64,000 nucleotides of DNA. Origin: Myxococcales bacterium. GTDB lineage: Bacteria; Myxococcota; Myxococcia; Myxococcales; Anaeromyxobacteraceae. The notes beneath the pieces are model-generated. The model was not told the origin of the DNA and made no database searches. It saw only the letters and a list, made by a program, of their open reading frames with translations. The translations under genes were made by a program, and so were the position numbers. The stretch covers positions 1-64,000 of the forward strand of contig JBBQEB010000002.1 of assembly GCA_038320275.1 (NCBI GenBank). The letters run 5' to 3'. Shown here in pieces: positions 48,899 through 59,842 of the stretch. Numbering within the stretch: position 1 is the stretch's first letter; each line of letters starts with the position of its first letter.

Positions 48899-50233
48899 TC
48901 ATTCGAGGCCGTACTCCTTCAGCTTGTCGTAGAGCGTCCGCAGGCCGATCCCGAGGTGGGCCGCGGTCCGCTTTCGGTGTCCACCATTCGCGGCGAGCAC
49001 GCGGCGGATGGCCTCTTTTTCGAGATCCTGGAGGGTGCCGTCGAGGAGCAGGCCTGGGGAAGCGCCGGTCGGGAGGCGCGTGCGGAGGCCGAGCTCGGCC
49101 GCGCTGATCTCGTCGCCGTCCGCCAGGATCGCAGCCCGCTCGAGGACGTTCGCCAGCTCCCGAACGTTCCCGGGCCACCCGTACGCCTCCAGGCTCCGGA
49201 GCCCGGTCTCGTCGATGTGGAGCGACGGCTTGCCCATCCGGGCGCGGATCTCGGCGAGGAGCTCGGCGGCGAGCGGCAGGAGGTCCGCGCGACGCTCCCG
49301 GAGCGGAGGGACGGTGATCGGGAAGACGGCGAGCCGGTGGAACAGGTCCTCGCGGAACCGACCGGCCTGCATTTCGGCACCGACGTCCCGGTTCGTCGCC
49401 GCGACGACGCGGACGTCCACCTCGACCGTCCTCGTGCCGCCGACGCGCTCGAACCGGCGCTCCTGGAGCACGCGGAGCAGCTTCACCTGCAGCGCCGGCT
49501 TCAGCTCGGCGATCTCGTCGAGGAACAGGGTCCCGCCGTCCGCGAGCTCGAAGCGTCCACGGTGTAGCGCGGCAGCGCCCGTGAACGCGCCCTTCTCGTG
49601 TCCGAACAGCTCGCTCTCGAGCAACGACTCCGAGAGCGCCCCGCAATTCACCGCGACGAACGGTGACTCGCGCCGGCGGCTCTCGAGGTGGAGCTGCCGC
49701 GCGACGACCTCCTTGCCGGTCCCGCTCTCCCCCAGGACGAGCACCGTCGCGTCGGTGGGGCCGACCTTGCGGATCTGCTCCGCGAGCGCGACCGTCGCGG
49801 GATCGCGCGCCATCAGCCGCACGGGCGCGGGGAGGTGGGATCGCGCGCGCTGTCGGTCGTCGCGGAGCCGCCGGCGCTCCAGCGCGCGCGCCACGACGAG
49901 CCGGAGCTCGTCCGGTCCGCTCAGCGGCTTCGACAGGTAGTCGAACGCGCCGAGCTTCATCGCCTCCACCGCGGTCGAGACCGTCCCATGCGCCGTGAGG
50001 ACGATGACCTCCATCGCCGGATGATCGCTGCGCGTCCTGCGCAGCAGCGTCATCCCGTCGAGGCGCGGCATCTTGAGGTCGGTGACGAGCAGGTGGAACG
50101 TGCGCTGCTCGAGGATCTCCGCCGCGCGCCCGCCGTCCTCCGCGAGCGTCACCTGGAGCCCATCGCCGCCGAGCACCTCGGCGATGAACGTCCGGATCCC
50201 CTCCTCATCGTCCACGACGAGAACGCGCTCCAA
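48899..50233 (-). CDS. Sigma54-dependent response regulator (NtrC/ZraR type)
   Basis: REC domain, [27 protein letters not shown], Fis-type HTH. Confidence 0.95.
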   Translation of the reverse strand: MERVLVVDDEEGIRTFIAEVLGGDGLQVTLAEDGGRAAEILEQRTFHLLVTDLKMPRLDGMTLLRRTRSDHPAMEVIVLTAHGTVSTAVEAMKLGAFDYLSKPLSGPDELRLVVARALERRRLRDDRQRARSHLPAPVRLMARDPATVALAEQIRKVGPTDATVLVLGESGTGKEVVARQLHLESRRRESPFVAVNCGALSESLLESELFGHEKGAFTGAAALHRGRFELADGGTLFLDEIAELKPALQVKLLRVLQERRFERVGGTRTVEVDVRVVAATNRDVGAEMQAGRFREDLFHRLAVFPITVPPLRERRADLLPLAAELLAEIRARMGKPSLHIDETGLRSLEAYGWPGNVRELANVLERAAILADGDEISAAELGLRTRLPTGASPGLLLDGTLQDLEKEAIRRVLAANGGHRKRTAAHLGIGLRTLYDKLKEYGLE

Positions 50234-50234
50234 C

Positions 50235-51572
50235 TCACCCTCCCGACGCCATCGGTCCCGTCCCGCGCGGCAGGTCCACTCGAAACACCGCGCCGCCGCC
50301 GGCGTGGTTCTCGGCCGAGATCTCGCCGCCGTGCGCCTCGACGACGCGCCGCGCGAGCGTCAGGCCGAGCCCCGTCCCCTTCGCCCGCGTGGTGAAAAAG
50401 GGCTCGAAGATGCGCTCCAGGTCGTCCCGGGCGATGCCGGATCCGTGATCGCGGACCTCGAAGACGAGGCGGTCCACCCCTGGTGTCGAGACGGTCAGGC
50501 CCACGCTGCCGGGCGCCGGGGAGCACTCGCGCGCATTGCGCAGGAGGTTCACCAGCACGGATTCGATGCGCACCTCGTCCAGGACCCACGCTGGCACAAT
50601 GCCCTCCGCCCTGACCTGGACGCCGTCGCCCACGGTCGCCGCGGCGGAGCGCGCGACCGCCATCGGGTCCGCCAGCGCTCGTTCGACCCTGCCGCTCTTC
50701 ACGAAGTCGAGGATGTTGCTGGCCAGGTCCTCGAGCCGGATCGCCTCGCGCACGACCGTGTCCGCGGAGCGGTGCGCGGGGTGCTCCTGCGGGAGCCGCT
50801 CCGCGAGCAGCTGCGCGTGTCCCTTCAGCGCGGCGAGGGGATTGCGGAGCTCGTGCCCGAGGAGCGCCGACATCTCTCCGAGTGCCGCGAGGCGCCGGTC
50901 GCGCTCTGCGGCCGCTGCACGCTCCTGCGCCTCGCGGGAGACGCGCCAGAAGAACACGGCGGCGCCGAGGAGGATCACCGCGGCGGCGCAGCTCAGGACC
51001 AACATCACCGCAGCGCGCGAGACCGTCTCGTTGGCGGTGACGGACTCGATCTCGAGCACGAGGCGATCGCGCGCGAGGGCCATCCAGCGGCGGCCGTGAA
51101 TGGGACTGCGTGGCCCGCGCTGCACGAGCGAGGTCTCGAGGCGGACCCACGTCCCGTCGCGTGCGGCCCGCAGCGTCGATCCGTCCGAGAGGACCTCGGG
51201 GCCGAGCAACACCGCGGCGGGCCCGCTCACCCCGGCCGCCGAGCGCGGAGCCTCGCCGGCTTCGCCCTGGACGGCGACGTACCTCAGGCCCTGAGGCTCC
51301 AGGCTGGCGAGCACGGACTGGAGCGCGTCCACCTCCACGCTGTCCGCTGCCGCGATCGCCTGGCGCGCGGAGAACACGGTCCCGACGGCGAGCGCGCGCG
51401 TCACCGCCGCCCCCGTCGAACGCGCGTGAACCCACGCGGACACGCCGCTCACCACGAGCGCAGCGGCCGTGACCACCGCCGTGAGCAGGAGCCCCCACCG
51501 CGCCGCGTGCGGCGAGCCCCGGACGAGGCGGACGAGGCGCAAAGGGCGGCTACCTCGGTGCGCCTCCTCCAT
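50235..51572 (-). CDS. Membrane sensor histidine kinase
   Basis: Two TM helices; HELRNPL; NLLRNA; DHGSG; FEPFFTT; GTGLGL. Confidence 0.93.
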   Translation of the reverse strand: MEEAHRGSRPLRLVRLVRGSPHAARWGLLLTAVVTAAALVVSGVSAWVHARSTGAAVTRALAVGTVFSARQAIAAADSVEVDALQSVLASLEPQGLRYVAVQGEAGEAPRSAAGVSGPAAVLLGPEVLSDGSTLRAARDGTWVRLETSLVQRGPRSPIHGRRWMALARDRLVLEIESVTANETVSRAAVMLVLSCAAAVILLGAAVFFWRVSREAQERAAAAERDRRLAALGEMSALLGHELRNPLAALKGHAQLLAERLPQEHPAHRSADTVVREAIRLEDLASNILDFVKSGRVERALADPMAVARSAAATVGDGVQVRAEGIVPAWVLDEVRIESVLVNLLRNARECSPAPGSVGLTVSTPGVDRLVFEVRDHGSGIARDDLERIFEPFFTTRAKGTGLGLTLARRVVEAHGGEISAENHAGGGAVFRVDLPRGTGPMASGG

Positions 51573-51604
51573 GAGCCCTCACCATCGCGCCACGTCGCTC
51601 GTCG

Positions 51605-52177
51605 TCAGGAACCGTGGCGGTGTCCGCGGCCCTGGCCGCCTCCACAACCCTCGCCGCCGTGGCCGCTGCCGCCGCACCACCCGCCGCCGCATGCGCCGCC
51701 GTGGCCAGCACCGCCGCAGTCGCCGCCGCCATTCTGGGCACAGGCCGCCCCAGACTGGCAACCGCCGCCCGGGCCCCGGCCACCCGCCGGGCTCGCCGCC
51801 TGCATCGTCTGGCGCTGCGCCGGCGTGAGGACGCCGAGCGACGCGAGGCGGAAGCTCGTACGCAGGTCGAGCATGTGCTTACGAAGCTCGGCCGCCTGCG
51901 CTTGCTTCGACGCGATCGCCTGCCGGTCGGGCTGCGGCGCGCTCCAGAGCTCCCGCAGCTCGCTCGACCTCGCCGACAGCTGTTCACGCAGCGGGACCAC
52001 CTTCCGGTCGACCTCGTCTCGAAGATCGGAGACCTTCTTCTGCTGGTCGGCAGTCAGGTCCAGGCCTGCGAACGGCGCCCGCCCTGCGCCGGGCCCGCGC
52101 CAGCCCTGGGCAGCGGTCGGTCTTGCCCCGACGAGCACGAGCGCAGCGACGACTCCGAGTACGGTTGCACTTTTCAT
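51605..52177 (-). CDS. Periplasmic Spy/CpxP/ZraP-like protein with a Cys/His/Gly-rich tail
   Basis: Signal peptide; LDLTADQ and VLTPAQR LTxxQ motifs; PD...I motif. Confidence 0.82.
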   Translation of the reverse strand: MKSATVLGVVAALVLVGARPTAAQGWRGPGAGRAPFAGLDLTADQQKKVSDLRDEVDRKVVPLREQLSARSSELRELWSAPQPDRQAIASKQAQAAELRKHMLDLRTSFRLASLGVLTPAQRQTMQAASPAGGRGPGGGCQSGAACAQNGGGDCGGAGHGGACGGGWCGGSGHGGEGCGGGQGRGHRHGS

Positions 52178-52246
52178 GGGTGTGGCCCTCACATGGACCG
52201 CGAGGTTGCCCGCCATGAGCAAACGTCGGTCCTCAGGGGCTACGAG

Positions 52247-52262
52247 AGCAAAGGGCGTGCCG
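52247..52262 (-). promoter_or_regulatory. Sigma54 -24/-12 promoter
   Basis: CGGCACGCCCTTTGCT, near the consensus TGGCAC-N5-TTGC. Confidence 0.8.
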
Positions 52263-52324
52263 CGCCGTCAGGGCGCGAAACGTCACGCATCACTGCAGGT
52301 CGATCCCCGCCACGGCGCACCCGG

Positions 52325-52361
52325 CTGCGGATTCCGCAGTCCAGCGCATGCGGGATCCGCC
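52325..52361. promoter_or_regulatory. Tandem palindromic enhancer (UAS) sites for a sigma54 activator
   Basis: CTGCGGA-T-TCCGCAG and TGCGGGATCCGCC, 23 bp apart, 65-100 bp upstream of the -24 element. Confidence 0.6.
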
Positions 52362-52399
52362 CGGCGGTCTGCATCGCGCAGCTGGGCCGACGCCATACC

Positions 52400-53119
52400 T
52401 CACCGGGCCCGCGCCGCGCTGCCCCGGGGCGCTCGTGCGAGCCACGACGCACCGCCCACGACGAGCAGCGCCCACGCGGCGCCGGCGCACTCGCCGGCGA
52501 GGACGTCACTCGGATAATGAACCCCGAGGTAGACGCGCGAGGCGCCGATCGCGGCGAGGAGAAGCAACGTGCACGCGCCGATGAGCAGGCGATCCGCGGC
52601 GCGCCGTGCCACGGCGGCGAGGAGAAGCGCCGCCGTCCCGTAGATCGCGGCGCTCGCCAGCGCATGCCCGCTCGGATACGACGGTCCGGCGGCGTGCGCG
52701 ATCGCGAACACGTCCAGGGGACGTTCGCGCCCGAACACGCGCTTCAGCGATGGCGTCCAGACACCGGCGCCCACCCCCGCTGCGACCAGCGTCCACGCGG
52801 CGCGTCGCCTGCGCGTCCTCCACAGCGCCACGGTGAGCAGCACCGCCACGGGCGCGAGGACCACGGGTGACCCCAGCGCGGTCACGTCGAGCGCCGCCGT
52901 CGTGAGGGCAGGCGTGCGGAACGCCGCAACGGCGACGAGGACGCGCCGGTCGGCCGCCGCGAGGGCATGCTCCGCGACCTCCTCCGAGATCGCGACGAAC
53001 GAGGAGACGAGCGCGAGGGCGAGCCCGACCGCCACGAGGATCGGCGCGTGCCGCTTCAGCCCGGCGCGCCCGCCGCCGTGCCGGGGACCCGGCGCAGAGC
53101 GCTGGAGGTCGCTCGTCAC
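52400..53119 (-). CDS. PAP2-family membrane phosphatase
   Basis: K...RERP, SYPSGHA, SRVYLGVHYPSDV. Confidence 0.9.
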   Translation of the reverse strand: MTSDLQRSAPGPRHGGGRAGLKRHAPILVAVGLALALVSSFVAISEEVAEHALAAADRRVLVAVAAFRTPALTTAALDVTALGSPVVLAPVAVLLTVALWRTRRRRAAWTLVAAGVGAGVWTPSLKRVFGRERPLDVFAIAHAAGPSYPSGHALASAAIYGTAALLLAAVARRAADRLLIGACTLLLLAAIGASRVYLGVHYPSDVLAGECAGAAWALLVVGGASWLARAPRGSAARAR

Positions 53120-53126
53120 CGCGCGA

Positions 53127-53960
53127 TCACGCGAACGGCGCCGTGGCCTGAACGGCGGCGCTGCGCCACCCGTCCGCCTCGCGCACGTACGACCGCCGCT
53201 GCGTGGTCGCGAAGCCCCCACCCGCGTAGCTGCGGACCGCGAGCTCCAGGCGACCGTCGGCGATCTGGATCCAGTTGTAGGAGTTCGGGTCGCCCCGGAG
53301 ACGCACCGACGTTGCGCTGCCGGCGTGGACCACGAGCACGGATCGGGCGAGGCGCGCCGTCGCGTGGTCGAGCTCCCCATGGGACGGCCGGTGCAGGTGC
53401 CCGGTGAGGACGATGTCCAGCCCACACGCGGTGAGCGCCTGCAGCGCTCGACTGCTGCGTCCCGCGACGCGCCGCAGCGGGAGGTCGGCCGGGGCGCCGA
53501 GCGGGTGATGCGCGACGAGGACCCGGACGCGCTCCCCCGGCCGGCGACCGCACAGCTCCTGCCGCAGGGCCTCGATCTGCTCGAGCGAGACGCGCCCCTC
53601 CTTCCAGGTCGAGGCGCGCGCGGTCGACACGCCCGCGACGACGAGCTCGTCGTCGGCGAAGACGGGCGCGAGCTCGGCGGTGACGAGGCGCCGGTAGCGA
53701 CCGAGCGGCGAGGTGAAGCGGCGCACGACGTCGAAGAGGGGCACGTCGTGGTTCCCGGGCACGACCACGAGTGGCGCAGGGATGCGGTCCAGGAACGCGC
53801 GCGCGGCATTGAACTGGGACGGACGCGCGCGTTGCGTGAGGTCGCCGCTGACGGCGACGACCGAGGGCCGGAGCGCCTCGAGATCGGCGAGGAGCGCCGC
53901 GACGGCCGCGGGATCCTCCCGTCCGAAGTGCAGGTCCGACAGGTGGGCGATGGTCCTCAT
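53127..53960 (-). CDS. Calcineurin-like metallophosphoesterase
   Basis: SDLHFG, SGDLTQ, PGNHD, HHP, GHLH. Confidence 0.9.
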   Translation of the reverse strand: MRTIAHLSDLHFGREDPAAVAALLADLEALRPSVVAVSGDLTQRARPSQFNAARAFLDRIPAPLVVVPGNHDVPLFDVVRRFTSPLGRYRRLVTAELAPVFADDELVVAGVSTARASTWKEGRVSLEQIEALRQELCGRRPGERVRVLVAHHPLGAPADLPLRRVAGRSSRALQALTACGLDIVLTGHLHRPSHGELDHATARLARSVLVVHAGSATSVRLRGDPNSYNWIQIADGRLELAVRSYAGGGFATTQRRSYVREADGWRSAAVQATAPFA

Positions 53961-54889
53961 CCCTGCGGGTCCGGCGCGAGCACGCGCAGCGCACCGGGGC
54001 GGATCCGGTAGCGGATGGGAGGGCGCAGTCGCCGCACCTCGCCATCGAGGGCGACCCAGACCATCCCCCGGTGCGACTCGAGCGTGACCTCCCCGAGCTC
54101 GAGCGCGTCGAGGTCGCGCTCGTCGAGGCGCCCGAGCGCGGCGCGCGCGGCGACCCGGAGGAGCCCCATGCGCGTGTGCTCGCGGCCGACGAACACGCCG
54201 AGGACGCCCGCGTCGAGCGCCGCGCGGCGCTGGGTCGCGAGCAGCGCCGTGTCGTAGCGGTTGTTCCCGACGAAGACGAACGTCGTCCGCCGCGCGGCGG
54301 CACCGCCTTCCCAGCGGAGCCGCAAGGACACGGGCTGCAGCCGCGCGACGACCGCTGCTGCGGCCAACGCCGTCGCGAGCCACTTCACGCCGCCGAGGCG
54401 TTCGAGGAGCCGTTCACGCTGGCGCACGACCCGCGGGTAGATCCCGACGGACGCGTTGTTGACGAACAGGAGCCCGTTCACCTCGCCGACGTCGATGCGG
54501 CGGACGCGCGCGCGGGCGAGCGCGACCGCTGCATCCTCGATCGAAGGCGGCATGCCGAGATCCTTCGCGAAGTGGTTGAGCGTGCCTGCGGGCAGGACGC
54601 CGAGGACCTTGTCGGTCCCGGCGACGACGCCCGCGACCGCGCTCACGGTCCCATCCCCGCCCGCGGCGATGATGGCGCCGCAGGCTGCGTCCGCGGCCGC
54701 GCGCCGGGCGGCGCCCACGATGTCGCGTCCGTGCGCGGGCCAGAGCGTCGCCCGGATGCTTGCCGCCGCCAGGGCGGCGCGGACGCGCTCGACGGTGTCG
54801 CGGCTCTTTCGAGACCCGGCCCCTTCGTTGACGACGACGCCCACGTGCCCGAGCGGCTCACCGGGCGCGCCTCCCGACCCCACGTCCAT
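53957..54889 (-). CDS. Diacylglycerol/lipid kinase family protein
   Basis: VVVN..AG, AAGGDGT, LPAGTLNHFA, LDGE. Confidence 0.88.
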   Translation of the reverse strand: MDVGSGGAPGEPLGHVGVVVNEGAGSRKSRDTVERVRAALAAASIRATLWPAHGRDIVGAARRAAADAACGAIIAAGGDGTVSAVAGVVAGTDKVLGVLPAGTLNHFAKDLGMPPSIEDAAVALARARVRRIDVGEVNGLLFVNNASVGIYPRVVRQRERLLERLGGVKWLATALAAAAVVARLQPVSLRLRWEGGAAARRTTFVFVGNNRYDTALLATQRRAALDAGVLGVFVGREHTRMGLLRVAARAALGRLDERDLDALELGEVTLESHRGMVWVALDGEVRRLRPPIRYRIRPGALRVLAPDPQG

Positions 54890-54989
54890 CGAGCTACCTT
54901 CCGCGCGCACACCCGCAACGTAGCGCGCGCCAGTGTGGTCCGCCGCCCGTCGCGCAGGTCGAGGCGACCGCCGCACCCGCCGCCACACC

Positions 54990-55216
54990 TCACCCACCGA
55001 GCTTCGTGAGCACGAACGCGGAGAGGAAGCCCGACACCGTCACGAGCCCGGTGAGCAGGTGCGTCTCCTCGAACGCCTCAGGGATCATGGTGTCTGCAAG
55101 TATCGCGAGGATCGCGCCCGCGGCGACGGCGTCGTCCCGCCGACGACGTCCTGCGAGAGCCCGCGAAAGAGCGCGTACCCCGCGAGCGAGGCGACGCCGG
55201 AGATGACGGTGATCGC
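54990..55216 (-). pseudogene. Truncated, frameshifted ZIP-family metal transporter C-terminus
   Basis: ITVISGVASLAGYALF...VVGGT / (frameshift near 55131) AVAAGAILAILADTMIPEAFEE...GF; N-terminus absent. Confidence 0.7.
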
Positions 55217-55354
55217 GCTCGTCGTGACCGCGACGTTCCTGACGGCCGGGACGACAGCGGGTCTCATCGCGCTCGGGGTCTTCGTCGCCTACCAGCGCAG
55301 GCGCGCGGCGGGTGACCAACCCGTGCTCACGGACCCGGACTCCCCGGCGTCGCG

Positions 55355-56308
55355 TCAAGGGGCGGCCGCAGTAGACGGACCGTGTGGCGCGCCGGGAACT
55401 TCGCCTCGTTTCCGAGGGCCGCCGGATGCGGCCTCGATGAAGATGCGCCTCGCGCGCGGCTCCGCCTCGCGTATCAGGCGCTCGACGCGCTGGATCGCCT
55501 CCTCGATCGCGGCGCCGGGCTGGAAGGCGATCTCGCAGTTGACGAGGATCTCGCCCGGCGCGAGCTGCAGGGTCCAGATCCCCCCCACGCCGACGACGGC
55601 GCGCTCGCGCGCGATCGAGCGCCTCATGCGCTCGACGCTCTCCTTCCCGGCGCTCTCGCCGACCAGCAGGCTCCGGCTCTCGCGCGCGAGGAGCAGGGCG
55701 ACGCCCATGAGGAGCACGCCGATGCACAACGACGCGATGGCGTCGAGGGCAGGCGCGCCGAACACGTGCCCACCGAGCACGCCGAGGAAGGCGATGACGA
55801 GGCCGATGAGCGCGGCCGAATCCTCCACGACCACGGTCAAGATCAACGGGTCCTTCGATTCCCGAAAGGTGCGCCAGTAGGATCGGCCGCCACGCTGGGC
55901 GCCCAGCTTCCGCAACGCCACGACCCACGAGACGCTCTCGAAGACGGCGGATGCTGCGAGGACCACGTAGCTCCAGGTCGGGTCCTCGAGCGTCGCCCCC
56001 GAGCCCAGCCTCCGGACGCCCTCGTAAAACGACACGCCGCCGCCGACGCCGAAGATGAGGAGCGAGACGACGAGCGTCCAGAAATAGAGCTCGTGCCCGT
56101 ACCCGAAAGGATGTTCGTCATCCGCAGGCTTCTTGCTCCGCTGCTCCCCGAACAGCAGCAGAACCTGGTCGGCGGTGTCGACGAGCGAATGAATCCCCTC
56201 GGAGAGCATCGCCGAGCTGTGCGTGACGGCAGCCGCGAGGAACTTCATCACGGCGATGGCGAGGTTCGCCACCCCGGCGACGATGACGGCGGTTCTCGAT
56301 TCTTCCAT
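55355..56308 (-). CDS. Cation diffusion facilitator family transporter
   Basis: SSAMLSEGIHSLVD, HPFGYG, VVEDSAALIG. Confidence 0.9.
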   Translation of the reverse strand: MEESRTAVIVAGVANLAIAVMKFLAAAVTHSSAMLSEGIHSLVDTADQVLLLFGEQRSKKPADDEHPFGYGHELYFWTLVVSLLIFGVGGGVSFYEGVRRLGSGATLEDPTWSYVVLAASAVFESVSWVVALRKLGAQRGGRSYWRTFRESKDPLILTVVVEDSAALIGLVIAFLGVLGGHVFGAPALDAIASLCIGVLLMGVALLLARESRSLLVGESAGKESVERMRRSIARERAVVGVGGIWTLQLAPGEILVNCEIAFQPGAAIEEAIQRVERLIREAEPRARRIFIEAASGGPRKRGEVPGAPHGPSTAAAP

Positions 56309-56439
56309 TCTCCGTGCCCCGGCGCGATGCGCGCGGGCGCTCCGCGCGCTCGGTGTGACTTCACATAACTCCATCGATGCGCAGCGCGACCGATCTCGAG
56401 ACGCTCGTCTCACGGCTCAGCACGGTCTCCGGAGGCCGC

Positions 56440-56719
56440 AAACGCGACGACTCCGTCGAGGAACGGCAGCGTCGCGGCACGGCAAGCACCGCGCGGGCGC
56501 GCCCGGGCTCCGCGAGCGCGCGGGGAACACCAGCGCGCGCCTCGCCCACCGCCAGGGCCGCCGCGCGCGCATCCTCCGCGTCCGCCAGAACCTCCTCGAT
56601 CTGCGGCGCACCTCGGCCCTCCAGAACCTGGAAGAGTGCACGGCTCCGCCCGCTGCCCCATCCGCGCTGGTCCAGCGCGGATGGGGCGCGACGAGATCTC
56701 TTTCGAGCTGCCCGGTGTT

Positions 56720-56722
<3 letters not shown>
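56440..56722 (+). mobile_element. Degenerate 3' end of an IS1182-like insertion sequence
   Basis: Frameshifted ASTAGRARLRER, then QGRRARILRVRQNLLDLRRTSALQNLE, resembling a DDE transposase C-terminus; possible end CCGGTGTTCTA. Confidence 0.55.
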
Positions 56723-58432
<1,710 letters not shown>

Positions 58433-58634
58433 GTTCGCTCCTGGTGCATCGACCAGCTCGTGCGGGCTGGCAGGGTTGGCCGGGTGGGCCAGACTCCGAG
58501 GGTTTCCGGGGAGTTAATCTGTTTTCACCCCGTAAATCCACCCCGTCTGGCGAGCGAATTGCCGCAGAGCGTTGCAAGGGCCTGAACTCCCGGGAGATGG
58601 ATGTTTTGAAGCGCCCCCAACGGGTGCCCGAAGC

Positions 58635-59174
58635 TCAAGGCCCAAACATCGCCCGGACCACCAGGACCGACGCCGCGAAGCCGGCCAGGTCGGCGAGAAG
58701 CGCCGCCGGGAGGGCGTGGCGGTAACGGCGGATTCCCACCGCGCCCATGTAGACGGCGAGGACGTAGAAGGTGGTCTCGGTGGAGCCTGCCATCACCGAG
58801 GCGAGCCGACCGGCGTAGCTGTCGGCGCCGTCGGCGCGCAGCACCTCTCCCACCACGCCCAGTGCCCCGCCGCCCGAGAGTGGGCGGATGACGAGGAGCG
58901 GAACCACCGAGGCGGGGATCCCGAGCCGCGAGGTGAGCGGCTCCACCGCCGCCCCGAAGGCGCCCAGCGCCCCGGAGGCGCGCAGGAGCCCGAGCGCCAC
59001 GAAGACCGCGACGAGCGGGGGGATGACCCGCACCGCCACCGCGAAGCCCTCCTTCGCGCCCTCCAGGAAGACCGGGTAGACCTTCACGCCACGCGCGAGC
59101 CCGAGGAGCGGGATGCCCGCGACGAGCACCGGCACGGTCCAGATCGAGAGCGCGTCGAGTGCGGCGCGCAGCAC
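58635..59174 (-). CDS. spmB: SpmB-like membrane protein (gate domain)
   Basis: VY..FLEGAKEG, RPLSGGG, GSTETTFYVLAVY.G. Confidence 0.85.
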   Translation of the reverse strand: MLRAALDALSIWTVPVLVAGIPLLGLARGVKVYPVFLEGAKEGFAVAVRVIPPLVAVFVALGLLRASGALGAFGAAVEPLTSRLGIPASVVPLLVIRPLSGGGALGVVGEVLRADGADSYAGRLASVMAGSTETTFYVLAVYMGAVGIRRYRHALPAALLADLAGFAASVLVVRAMFGP

Positions 59175-59175
59175 C

Positions 59176-59769
59176 TCAGGGCTCCGGCGCCGGCGCCGGG
59201 AAGAACCTCGCCAGGAGCTTCGCGGAGGCCACCGCGGCCAGCGCGGCGCATGCGGTCGCGACCAGCGTGGGCCCGATGACGTCGCCCGGTGCCCTCGACC
59301 CGGCCGCGGCGCGGAGCGCGAGCACCGTGGTGGGGACGAGCTGGAGCGAGGCGGTGTTGAGCGCGCAGAACAGCACCTGCGCGTTCGAGGCGACGCCCTT
59401 GCGCGGGTTGAGCTCGTCGAGCGCGCGCATGGCGGCGAGGCCGAAGGGGGTGGCGGCGTTGCCGAGCCCCAGCAGGTTGGCGCCGACGTTCATCACCATG
59501 GCGCCGGCAGCGGGATGGCCGGGCGGGACCTCGGGGAAGAGCAGCCGCAGCAGCGGCCGCGCGGCGAAGGCGAGCCCGCGCACGAGCCCCGCCTCCTCGG
59601 CCACCTTCATGAGCCCGAGCCAGAGGGACATCACCCCGGCGAGGCCGAGCGACAGGGTCACCGCGCCCTGGGCCGAGGACGCCAGCGCGAGGGTGAGGTC
59701 GCCCATCCTGCCTCCCAGCGCCGCGGCGGCGAAGGAGGCGGCGAGGAGCAGGACCCAGACGATGCTCAT
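59176..59769 (-). CDS. spmA: SpmA-like membrane protein (gate domain)
   Basis: LWLGLMKVAE, LFPEVP.GHPA, ANLLGLGNAATPFG. Confidence 0.85.
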   Translation of the reverse strand: MSIVWVLLLAASFAAAALGGRMGDLTLALASSAQGAVTLSLGLAGVMSLWLGLMKVAEEAGLVRGLAFAARPLLRLLFPEVPPGHPAAGAMVMNVGANLLGLGNAATPFGLAAMRALDELNPRKGVASNAQVLFCALNTASLQLVPTTVLALRAAAGSRAPGDVIGPTLVATACAALAAVASAKLLARFFPAPAPEP

Positions 59770-59842
59770 GGATCGATTGTCGATGCGGGCCGGGGCGGGC
59801 GCGAGTTTTGGGTTAAGAGAGCGCGCGGGGGAGAACGGACGG

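Noticed and set aside
56354..56365. TGTGA-CT-TCACA as a CRP site upstream of the CDF gene
   Set aside because: The spacer is 2 bp rather than 6; it could be another operator but this is unsupported.
58635..59769. spmA/spmB as evidence of endospore formation
   Set aside because: These gate-domain membrane proteins are widespread in non-sporulating bacteria.
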